NCBI GenBank assembly: GCA_036012755.1
Contig: DASCPX010000009.1
Location: forward strand, 32,001 to 96,000
Reading direction: 5' to 3'
Source: Myxococcota bacterium
GTDB taxonomy: Bacteria > Myxococcota_A > UBA796 > CAJQPC01
DNA: 64,000 nucleotides
A program made the translations under genes and the position numbers. This document shows, one piece after another, positions 1 to 8,241 of the stretch (its first letter is position 1; every line of letters begins with the position of its first letter). Below the pieces are notes generated by a model that was given only the letters and a program-made list of their open reading frames with translations, was not told where the DNA came from and searched no databases.

Positions 1-339
1 CCCTGGGACGGAGCACCGACGACAGAGGCTGCGACGGTCTGGGGCCACGACCTCCAGGATGACGCCACGGACCTCGCCCTCACCTGGAACCCGGACGATC
101 TGCCCACCTTGAAGCGCATACGACAGTTCATCTCCGGCCAGGCCGGACGCCCCGGTCGCCAGCGGGTCCAGGTCGCCCTGGGCATACGGGTCGCCGGCCT
201 GGGAGAGGCCGCGGTGCTGGAGCTGGTGCGCATGGCCAACGCCATCGGCGTGACGCAGGTTGGGCTCCTCGGGGGGCACGCCGAGCTGGCCAGGAAGCTG
301 GAGTCGATCGGTGGACTCCCGGTCGAGGCGCGGCCATGA
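1..339 (+). CDS. Partial (5'-truncated) hypothetical protein, upstream member of the radical SAM operon
   Basis: Frame 1 is open from base 1 (PWDGAPTTEAATVWGHDL...GGLPVEARP*). Its stop overlaps the next ATG (ATGA at 336-339). Confidence 0.7.
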   Translation, partial: PWDGAPTTEAATVWGHDLQDDATDLALTWNPDDLPTLKRIRQFISGQAGRPGRQRVQVALGIRVAGLGEAAVLELVRMANAIGVTQVGLLGGHAELARKLESIGGLPVEARP

Positions 340-1229
340 AGAACCTCGTCGCAGCCTTCTCGACTCGCTTCCGCGGACACACCGACCGCGGCTGGGACCT
401 TCCCCATCCGCCCCTGGAGGCGCTGGTCCAGCTCGCGGACGAAGACGACGTCGTGCTCGGCGGCGGCGAGCCCACCCTCAGACCGGACCTGCCTCGCCTG
501 CTGGCAGCCATCCCGACGGCTCGCCTGCACACCGACGGCCTGGCCTTCGCAGAGGGCCTCCAGGGGCTGGAGCTCCAGCGCGTTCGCATCGACTTCCACT
601 GCGCGCGACAGGACGCACACGACTGGCTGGTCGGCCAGAAGGGAGCTGCCCGATCAGCGGTCCGAGCCATCCGCACCTGCCTGGAGGCGGGGCTCGACGT
701 GGAGGTCGAGGTGCTGCTGACGCGCCCGACACTGCCCCACATCGAGGAGACGCTGGCTGTGCTGGAGTCACTGGGCGTGCAGCAGACGCGCCTGCGCCCG
801 ATCGAGCGCCGTGGACCAGCGGCGGAGCACTACCTCGCGCTGGCGCCCCCGCTGACCGGTCTCCGACGACCCATCGTGCAGGGCGAGCTCTGGCACGCCC
901 CAGGGGACCACCCCCTGGCCCAGCCTCTGGTGGCGAGCGACTCCAGCGGCCTCGGCAGGCGCCGCAGCATGCGCTCGGGAGGGGCCTCCATCGACCTGCG
1001 CGCTGCCCCTACACGCGCCCTCCGACAGCGCATGGTGAGCCTGGCCGAGCAGCATGACAGCCTGGATGTCCTGGTCGACCTGGAGCGACCCGAGTCCCCG
1101 GAGTTGATCACGGACTGCCTGCGGCTGTTCGCGACCGTCGACGCGGTGGCCACCGGGTCCTCCGAGCACTGGTCGAAGGCCGAGCTGCGCCACTTGAGGC
1201 GGCTCACGACCCTGACAGAGGCGAAGTAG
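336..1229 (+). CDS. Degenerate radical SAM-fold protein lacking CxxxCxxC
   Basis: Has VVLGGGEPTLRPDL, LHTDG and AHDWLVGQKGA, typical of the radical SAM barrel, but no Cys triad at the N-terminus. Confidence 0.7.
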   Translation: MKNLVAAFSTRFRGHTDRGWDLPHPPLEALVQLADEDDVVLGGGEPTLRPDLPRLLAAIPTARLHTDGLAFAEGLQGLELQRVRIDFHCARQDAHDWLVGQKGAARSAVRAIRTCLEAGLDVEVEVLLTRPTLPHIEETLAVLESLGVQQTRLRPIERRGPAAEHYLALAPPLTGLRRPIVQGELWHAPGDHPLAQPLVASDSSGLGRRRSMRSGGASIDLRAAPTRALRQRMVSLAEQHDSLDVLVDLERPESPELITDCLRLFATVDAVATGSSEHWSKAELRHLRRLTTLTEAK

Positions 1230-1237
1230 GATCCGCC

Positions 1238-2986
1238 ATGGACTCCCGCGCCCGGACCCTCGAGCACGAGCGCATCGCGAGCAGGCCGAAGCACTGGGTG
1301 CGGCTGACCACGGCCTGCAACAACAAGTGCCTGTTCTGCCTGGACATGGACACCCCTCGCAACGTCTACCTCGCGACAGAGGACATCGAGGCCGACATCC
1401 GCCGCGGGCACGTCGAGCTCGGCGCCGCAAAGGTCATCCTCAGCGGCGGCGAAGCCAGCGTCCACCCGCTGTTCTCACGCTTCATCCGCTTCGCCCTCGA
1501 GATCGGCTACGAGCGCGTCCAGACCGTGACCAACGGGCTCCGCTACGGCGACCGCCGGTTCTTCGACGAGGTCATGGACGCTGGCCTCGGCGAGATCACC
1601 TTCAGCCTGCATGGCCACGACGCCGCGCTCCACGACCGCCTCGTACAGACCCCCGGCAGCTTCGAGCTGCTCATGAAGGGGCTGCTGCGGGCGGTCCGAC
1701 ATCGCGACCGGCACGGCTGGCCCATCGTGAACATCGACGTGGTCATCAACTCGCAGAACGTCGGGGTCCTCGACCGCATCGTCGAGCTCGGCGTGAGCGT
1801 CGGCGTCAAGGAGTACGACCTGCTGCACGTCATCCCGCAGGCAGAGGCCTACAGGAATCGCGAGCAGCTCTTCTACGAGGTGCGGGAGCACCTGCCCGTC
1901 CTCCAGAAGGTCTTCAGGCTCAACCGCCGGGACGACTTCCACATCTGGACGAACCGCTTCCCGGTGGCCTACCTCGAAGGCCTCGAGGACCTCATCCAGG
2001 ATCCCCACAAGATGATCGACGAGGTCAGGGGCCGGCGCTTCCATGTCCGGCGCTACCTCGACTCGGGGACGCCGCTGGACTGCCGGCAGCCAGAGCGCTG
2101 CGAGCACTGCTTCATCGAGCCCTTCTGCACGACCATGGAGCGGACCATCGAGGCCCAGAACGGACACCGAGTAGACCTGTGGCACGTCGGTGGAGGGTCC
2201 TGGAGCGGTCCCCTGCCCTTCGGGGCCTGCCGTCTTGGTGTGATCCGTGAACGATATGAGGATCTTCCGACCGATTACCCGCTGCTGGTCGAGACCTCTA
2301 CGACGGAGCTGCCCGAACCTGGGGACGTCATCCTCGTCGCGAAGACCGCAGAGCAGTGTGCAGCCTGGCTCGGCCACGACATGGTCGTCCGCCTGAACCC
2401 CTCTACGGCACCGTGGCTGCTGGCGAACGTGAACGCTCTGCATGACCTACGCATCCACCAGCCGACCTGGACGAAGACGGAGGAGGCGGTCGCGGGTGAC
2501 CTGCGCGACCCCGCGGGCTTCTTCCGCCAGCTGAAGCGCCGTGTGCCCGTGAGCGGCCTGCCCGCTTGCCTGGCACCCGGGATGGAGCTGGTCCGAGTGC
2601 CGAGACGACTCGACGCGGCGCTCTTCCACGAAGGCCGCCTCCACTGGGAGGCCCTGGCGGCCTTCCACGTCGAGCACCACTACAGGGCGCGCTCGGTGCG
2701 CTGTGACGACTGCCCGGTGTCGGAGCTCTGCGAGGGCATCTCCATCCACATGATCCGAGCCCAGGGTCTGGGGCTCTGCCAGCCGCTGGAGGGTGACCAC
2801 GCCCGCGACGCGCGCGAGCAGCTCAGCGCACTCCCCAAGCGCATCGCCCAGGGCCTGCCGCCGCAGCCGGTGGCAGCCAGCCTGCCGGGTCACCCGCCAC
2901 CATCGGAGCCTCCGGAGGATCCCCTGCGCCAGCCCAACGGGCTCCGTCGCTCGGACTTCCTGCGAGGCGGGCGCGAGGTCGTCTGA
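1238..2986 (+). CDS. Radical SAM protein with extra Cys-rich motifs (HxsC-like)
   Basis: CNNKCLFC, SGGEAS, VTNG, FSLHG; additional CRQPERCEHCFIEPFC and CDDCPVSELCEG motifs. Confidence 0.9.
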   Translation: MDSRARTLEHERIASRPKHWVRLTTACNNKCLFCLDMDTPRNVYLATEDIEADIRRGHVELGAAKVILSGGEASVHPLFSRFIRFALEIGYERVQTVTNGLRYGDRRFFDEVMDAGLGEITFSLHGHDAALHDRLVQTPGSFELLMKGLLRAVRHRDRHGWPIVNIDVVINSQNVGVLDRIVELGVSVGVKEYDLLHVIPQAEAYRNREQLFYEVREHLPVLQKVFRLNRRDDFHIWTNRFPVAYLEGLEDLIQDPHKMIDEVRGRRFHVRRYLDSGTPLDCRQPERCEHCFIEPFCTTMERTIEAQNGHRVDLWHVGGGSWSGPLPFGACRLGVIRERYEDLPTDYPLLVETSTTELPEPGDVILVAKTAEQCAAWLGHDMVVRLNPSTAPWLLANVNALHDLRIHQPTWTKTEEAVAGDLRDPAGFFRQLKRRVPVSGLPACLAPGMELVRVPRRLDAALFHEGRLHWEALAAFHVEHHYRARSVRCDDCPVSELCEGISIHMIRAQGLGLCQPLEGDHARDAREQLSALPKRIAQGLPPQPVAASLPGHPPPSEPPEDPLRQPNGLRRSDFLRGGREVV

Positions 2987-4038
2987 TGGCAAACCTGGGC
3001 TACCTCCAGCTCACCCGCAACTGCCTCCAGTCGTGCCGCTTCTGCTCCAACCCACCGACCGGGATGGGGCTCGACGAAGATCAGATGCGTGGTCTGATCG
3101 ACGAGCTCGCCGACCGGGACTACGACGGCGTGATCCTCACGGGAGGAGAGCCGAGCCTCTCGCCGCTGCTGTTCTTGGCCCTGGCCCATGCCGCCGAACG
3201 CGGCCTCCACAGCCGCATGATCACCAACGGCCAGAGCCTGGCAGACGCCGAGTTCTTCCGGCGCTGCGTGGACGCAGGCCTGTCCCACGTCCACTTGAGC
3301 CTCCACAGCTACAGAGCCGAGGTCCACGACTTCATCACCCGCTACCCGGGCAGCTACGAGGCCATCGTCCGGTGCCTGGAACTCGTGCCGGAGATGGGCA
3401 TCACAGCTGACATCAACTGCGTCATCAACGCCTACAACTCCGACCACCTCCACCACAGCGCGATCTGGATCACCGAGCACTTCCCGTGGGTGCGCCACTT
3501 CGTCTGGAACAACATGGATCCCGATGGCAACCGGGCAGAGGACAACCCCGACTGCATCCCCAGGCACTACGAGTTCAGCCTCAGCCTGGAGCTCGCCATG
3601 AAGCACCTCCACGCCACTGGCCGGACCTTCCGCGCTGAGCGGGTTCCGCTGTGCTCGATGCCGGCGTTTCCCTGGGCCTCGACCGAGACACGCAAGATCG
3701 TCAAGGAGGAGGAGCGCTGCGTCCGCTTCCTCGACGCCAAGGGCTTCGTCCAGCAGCTGGAGTTCCTCCACGGCAAGGGCGAGCCCTGCGATGCCTGTCG
3801 CTGGGACGGGATCTGCGCGGGCATGTACTCGATGGCGCGCTCCTTCGACGAGCGGGAGCTCTCGCCGGTCTTCGAGGACATCGAGCCCACCGTGCGGGCC
3901 GTGCTCGGCCGCGAGCCTGAGCCCGAGCTCCTGGAGCGACTCCAGGCCCGTCGAGGCAGGCGATCGCTGACAGAGCAGCCCTCTGAGCGACAGCGCGCGG
4001 AGGCGCTCGCCCGGCCCTTCCCTCCGGGGGCGGCTTGA
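2986..4038 (+). CDS. Radical SAM protein (HxsC-like) with C-terminal CxxC-x5-C motif
   Basis: CLQSCRFC, TGGEPSL, ITNG, LSLHS, RVPLC and CDACRWDGICAG; TGATG overlap with the previous gene. Confidence 0.9.
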   Translation: MANLGYLQLTRNCLQSCRFCSNPPTGMGLDEDQMRGLIDELADRDYDGVILTGGEPSLSPLLFLALAHAAERGLHSRMITNGQSLADAEFFRRCVDAGLSHVHLSLHSYRAEVHDFITRYPGSYEAIVRCLELVPEMGITADINCVINAYNSDHLHHSAIWITEHFPWVRHFVWNNMDPDGNRAEDNPDCIPRHYEFSLSLELAMKHLHATGRTFRAERVPLCSMPAFPWASTETRKIVKEEERCVRFLDAKGFVQQLEFLHGKGEPCDACRWDGICAGMYSMARSFDERELSPVFEDIEPTVRAVLGREPEPELLERLQARRGRRSLTEQPSERQRAEALARPFPPGAA

Positions 4039-6176
4039 TCCTGCTCCTGGCATGCCTCGAAGCCCAGGAGGTCACCCCGGCGCCAGTGGAACTGGGGACC
4101 AGCGAGGTCATTCCGGTCGGCTACCGTGTAGCCACTGTGGACACGCTCGAGGGCCCCTTCCTCAATCGCCTGGCGGAGGCCTCCAGCCCCTACCTACAGC
4201 AGCACGCGAACAACCCGGTCGACTGGTACGAGTGGGGGCCGGAGGCATGGGCGCGCGCCCGAGAGCTGGAGGTCCCGATCTTCCTCTCCATCGGCTACGC
4301 GGCCTGCCACTGGTGTCACGTCATGGCCCACGAGTCCTTCGAGGATCCGAAGGTCGCGTTGTTCATGAACGAGCACTTCGTGAACATCAAGGTCGACCGC
4401 GAGGAGCGCCCGGATGTCGACGGCGTCTACATGCAGGCCGTCCACGCGCTCAACGAGGGCAACGGCGGATGGCCCGCGTCCATCTGGCTGGAGACCGACC
4501 TGCGGCCCTTCCACGCCGGGACCTACTACCCCTCCGAGCCGAGCTACGGGCGCCCCTCCTTCATCCAGATGCTGGAGCTCGTCGACTCGATCTGGCGGAC
4601 CGACAGGGCGCGCATCCGGCGTGTGGCCGAGAGCGTGGAGGCGGGGCTCACCGCTGAGGCGATCCCTGCTCGCGCCGAGCTCCCGGGTACGGACCTCGGG
4701 GCGATCACCGCGGACCAGATGAGAGCGCAGTGGGACCCGGTGAACCAGGGCTTCGGCCCCGACAAGAAGTTCCCGATGGCCCCCCGCCTGGACTTCCTCC
4801 TGGCGCACGCGGCGCGCACGGACGACGTCGACACCCAGGGGCTCGTTCGTGGCGCGCTCACCGCCATGGCCGACGGCGGCATCCACGACCACCTCGGAGG
4901 CGGCTTCCACCGCTACACGGTCGATCCAGCGTGGACCATCCCGCACTTCGAGAAGATGCTCTACGACAACGCCCAGCTCGTCGGGCTCTACGCGCAGGCA
5001 TCCGTCGTGCTCGGACAGCAGCGCTACGCCGAGGTCTCCAGGGACACGGCCACCTACCTGATCCGAGACATGCAGGACGCCAGCGGCGCCTTCTACTCCA
5101 GCGAGGACGCAGACTCCGCCGGCGAGGAAGGCAGCTTCTACGTCTGGACGCCGACAGAGGTGGTGGCGGTCCTCGGCCCCGAGGAGGGCCCACGCTTCAA
5201 CGCGGCCTTCGGCGTGACCGAGGAAGGCAACTTCGAGCACGGGACGACGGTGCTGACCCGCCAGGGGGACGAGGACTTCGCGGAGGCCCGGCTGCTGCTC
5301 TTCACCCACCGGCTCGGGCGCACGCCGCCGCCCACGGACACCAAGCAGGTCGTTGCATGGAACGGCCTGGCGATCGGTGGCCTCGCGCTCTCGGGTCGCC
5401 TCCTCGATGAGCCCACCCACGTCGAGGCAGCCCGCCGCGCCGCCGAAGCCGTGCTCGCCTACCAAGGCGCCGACGGCCGTCTCCCGCGCACCCTGGCGCC
5501 GAACCCCCCAGAGGGCACCCTGTCGGACTACTCGTTCTTCGCCGAGGGCCTGCTCCACCTCTACGAGGCCGACCCGGACCCGCGCTGGCTGTTGGCCGCC
5601 GAGCTCACGGCCAAGGCGATGGTGGAGCGCTTCCAGTCAGACAGCGGCGGCTTCTACGAGGCACCAGAGGAAGCCGACGAGCTCTTCGTGCGTCGCCAGG
5701 ATCCCAGCGACGGCGCAGAACCGAGCGGCTGGGGGCGCGCCGTGGTCGTGCTGTTGCGCCTCCACGCCTACGGCTCGGCCGTCGGGGACATCGACAAGGC
5801 CGAGGCAGCCCTCGAGGCCGCCGGGCTGTACCTGCACCGCGCACCCTACGCCGTGCCATCGATGGTGCTCGCCCACGACGCCCTCCGACGCCCTTCCCTC
5901 GAGGTCATCCTGGCCAGCCCCACAGCGGACGATCCCGTGCTGGCGATGTTCCGACGGGCCTACGACAACAGCCACCGGCCCGACGCCGTGCTGGGGGTGG
6001 TCACGCCCGAGACCGCCAACGATCTGGCCCACATGACCGCTTTTTCAGGAAAGGTGCCCGGAGCCGGCCCCCGGGCCTATGTCTGCGTGGACAAGGTCTG
6101 TCACCTACCTACGGAAGACCTCGCCGAGTTCATCGGCCAACTCGAAGCGACCCTGGACTACTCCAGCGAGCGGTAG
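4035..6176 (+). CDS. Thioredoxin-domain protein YyaL/SPATA20 (DUF255), possible lipoprotein
   Basis: NRLAEASSPYLQQHANNPVDW, CHWCHVMAHESFED, PHFEKMLYDNA; N-terminal MILLLAC. Confidence 0.93.
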   Translation: MILLLACLEAQEVTPAPVELGTSEVIPVGYRVATVDTLEGPFLNRLAEASSPYLQQHANNPVDWYEWGPEAWARARELEVPIFLSIGYAACHWCHVMAHESFEDPKVALFMNEHFVNIKVDREERPDVDGVYMQAVHALNEGNGGWPASIWLETDLRPFHAGTYYPSEPSYGRPSFIQMLELVDSIWRTDRARIRRVAESVEAGLTAEAIPARAELPGTDLGAITADQMRAQWDPVNQGFGPDKKFPMAPRLDFLLAHAARTDDVDTQGLVRGALTAMADGGIHDHLGGGFHRYTVDPAWTIPHFEKMLYDNAQLVGLYAQASVVLGQQRYAEVSRDTATYLIRDMQDASGAFYSSEDADSAGEEGSFYVWTPTEVVAVLGPEEGPRFNAAFGVTEEGNFEHGTTVLTRQGDEDFAEARLLLFTHRLGRTPPPTDTKQVVAWNGLAIGGLALSGRLLDEPTHVEAARRAAEAVLAYQGADGRLPRTLAPNPPEGTLSDYSFFAEGLLHLYEADPDPRWLLAAELTAKAMVERFQSDSGGFYEAPEEADELFVRRQDPSDGAEPSGWGRAVVVLLRLHAYGSAVGDIDKAEAALEAAGLYLHRAPYAVPSMVLAHDALRRPSLEVILASPTADDPVLAMFRRAYDNSHRPDAVLGVVTPETANDLAHMTAFSGKVPGAGPRAYVCVDKVCHLPTEDLAEFIGQLEATLDYSSER

Positions 6177-6628
6177 AGGTTGTTGAGCTGGTTCAACGCC
6201 GCCTCGCCAGCCTTGGCGTACATCACCTTGTCCGGCACCGGGATCGAGAGCTCGGCCTTCAGGTGGTAGGTGATGACCGTGCCGCCTTCCACCGCTGAGA
6301 CGGCCCAGCTGACCTCGTACTGATCGAAGTCCTCAGAGCTGACCAGCCGGTCCCGCCAGCTCGTGTCGCTCGTCTTGCAGCGCTCGGTGTGCATGCGCAG
6401 GTTGGACAACAGCCCCCGCGCCTCTGTCGTGACCGCGTCGCAGCTGCCCTCGTCCTCGACCGTGTAGCTGACGAGGTCGGGGCTGAGTCCGTAGACCTTG
6501 TCCGTGTCGTCGAGGACCGCCCTGACAGCGTCGACGTCGTGCGGCACGAAGTAGCGAATCGTCAGGCCGTCGTCGCCGACGATCGTCTCGGGTTCGGCGG
6601 CGAGACCAAGTGAGAGGAGGAGCAGCAC
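6158..6628 (-). CDS. Secreted SRPBCC/START-like (polyketide cyclase family) protein
   Basis: 156 aa with hydrophobic N-terminus; pattern 'VDAVRAVLDD...FDQYEVSWAVSAVEGGTVITY' resembles the START fold. Confidence 0.6.
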   Translation of the reverse strand: MLLLLSLGLAAEPETIVGDDGLTIRYFVPHDVDAVRAVLDDTDKVYGLSPDLVSYTVEDEGSCDAVTTEARGLLSNLRMHTERCKTSDTSWRDRLVSSEDFDQYEVSWAVSAVEGGTVITYHLKAELSIPVPDKVMYAKAGEAALNQLNNLYRSLE

Positions 6629-6712
6629 GATAGATGTGTACCAGATCCCCGACAGGGGTGTGAATCGAATTTCGCACCTGTGTCGATCGTCACCTGGGGC
6701 GGCCTGGCAGGC

Positions 6713-7429
6713 TCACCTCCCGATCAGCTCGACGTCGCCTGAGAGAACCGCTCGGAGCCCGTCTTCGGTGCGCACCAGGAGCGCGCCATCGGAGCCGATG
6801 TCCTCTGCGAACCCCTCGACAGAGCCGAGACGGACGCGACGGCCGAGGGTGCGACTCCTGGCCCTCCAGGCGTGCAACATCGCCTCAGGATCGTGGACTG
6901 CCTGGGCACAGCGATCCTCGATTCGGGAGACGACCCGGGCGAGCAGCGCGACCCTGTCGATGCCATGGCCCAGGCCCACCGCGTCGGGCAGCTCGGGGGG
7001 GAAGCGCTGCTGGTTCACGTTGAGGCCCACGCCCAGGACGACGAAGGCCAGCCGCGAGCCCGCGGTCTCCAGCTCGGCGAGGATGCCGGCGAGCTTGTGA
7101 TCCTCTCGGTCGACGACGTCGTTGGGCCACTTGATGAACGCTTGCGTGGCCTCTGCGACGGCCAGCGCCGTGGCGAGGCACTGCAGCGGCGCCGCCTCCG
7201 GGGAGATCGGAGGTCGCAGGAGCAGCGAGAAGTAGAGGTTCAGGCCCGGCGGACTCTGCCAGCTCCGCCCGAGCCGTCCCTTGCCCCCGGTCTGCCCGTC
7301 GGCGACAACCAGGGTGCCGCTCGGCGCGCCCTGGCGTCCGAGCTCTCGGGCTCGCAGGTTCGTGGAGTCGGTCTCCTCGAAGAAGACCACGTCCCGCTCG
7401 CAGGCGCGGGACAGCGCCTCGGCCCTCAC
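6713..7429 (-). CDS. birA: Biotin--[acetyl-CoA-carboxylase] ligase (no N-terminal HTH)
   Basis: ETDSTN, QTGGKGRLGRSW, IKWPND, KLAGIL, GVGLNV. Confidence 0.95.
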   Translation of the reverse strand: MRAEALSRACERDVVFFEETDSTNLRARELGRQGAPSGTLVVADGQTGGKGRLGRSWQSPPGLNLYFSLLLRPPISPEAAPLQCLATALAVAEATQAFIKWPNDVVDREDHKLAGILAELETAGSRLAFVVLGVGLNVNQQRFPPELPDAVGLGHGIDRVALLARVVSRIEDRCAQAVHDPEAMLHAWRARSRTLGRRVRLGSVEGFAEDIGSDGALLVRTEDGLRAVLSGDVELIGR

Positions 7430-8241
7430 TCCAGCTCCAGGGAGAGATCCACCCAGCGCGCCTGGTGGATGAGGCCGCCGACGCTGACGACGTCGAGGCC
7501 CAGGACATCACGCAGCCGGGCGATGCGCTCGGCGTCCATGTTCCCGCTGGCCTCGAGGGTGGCACGACCAGAGGCGCGGGCGACCGCCTCCCGGATCATC
7601 GCGTCGTCCATGTTGTCCAGGAGGATGACGTCGGCGTCGGCGGCCAGGGCCTCGTCCAGCTCCTCGAGGGTCTCGACCTCGACCTCGACCTTGACGAGGT
7701 GGTGGACTGCCTTCCGGACCCGACCGACGGCCTCGCCGATGCTGCCGACGGCCCTGATGTGGTTGTCCTTGATCATCACGCCGTCGTAGAGACCGAAGCG
7801 GTGGTTGTGCCCGCCGCCATGACGCACGGCGGCCTTCTCGAGCTGGCGGTGCAGCGGGGTCGTCTTGCGGGTGTCGACCACGCGCAGCTTGCCCTGCGCG
7901 GCCCCGACGATACGTCGGGTGTTCGTGGCGATGCCGGACAGGCGCATGAGGAAGTTCAGGGCGACTCGCTCGCAGGTCAGGACGCTCTGGAGCGGACCGC
8001 TGACCTCGGCGATCGGGGTCGACGCAGAGACCCGGTCCCCGTCCCTGCCGATCGCGGACAAGCTGGCACCGCCGACATCGAAGACGGCCTCGGCGACCTC
8101 CAGCCCCGAGACGACCAGCTCCTCCTTGGCGATGATGAGGCCACGTCCGGCCTTCGCTGGGTCGACGCAGGCGGTGGTCGTGATGTCACCCGGGCCGACG
8201 TCCTCTTCCAGGGCCAGCTCGACCAGGCGCCGGAGCTTCAT
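7426..8241 (-). CDS. nadC: Nicotinate-nucleotide diphosphorylase (carboxylating)
   Basis: ERVALNFL, DTRKTTP, HRFGLYDGVMIKDNH, EVEVE, LLDNM. Confidence 0.97.
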   Translation of the reverse strand: MKLRRLVELALEEDVGPGDITTTACVDPAKAGRGLIIAKEELVVSGLEVAEAVFDVGGASLSAIGRDGDRVSASTPIAEVSGPLQSVLTCERVALNFLMRLSGIATNTRRIVGAAQGKLRVVDTRKTTPLHRQLEKAAVRHGGGHNHRFGLYDGVMIKDNHIRAVGSIGEAVGRVRKAVHHLVKVEVEVETLEELDEALAADADVILLDNMDDAMIREAVARASGRATLEASGNMDAERIARLRDVLGLDVVSVGGLIHQARWVDLSLELE

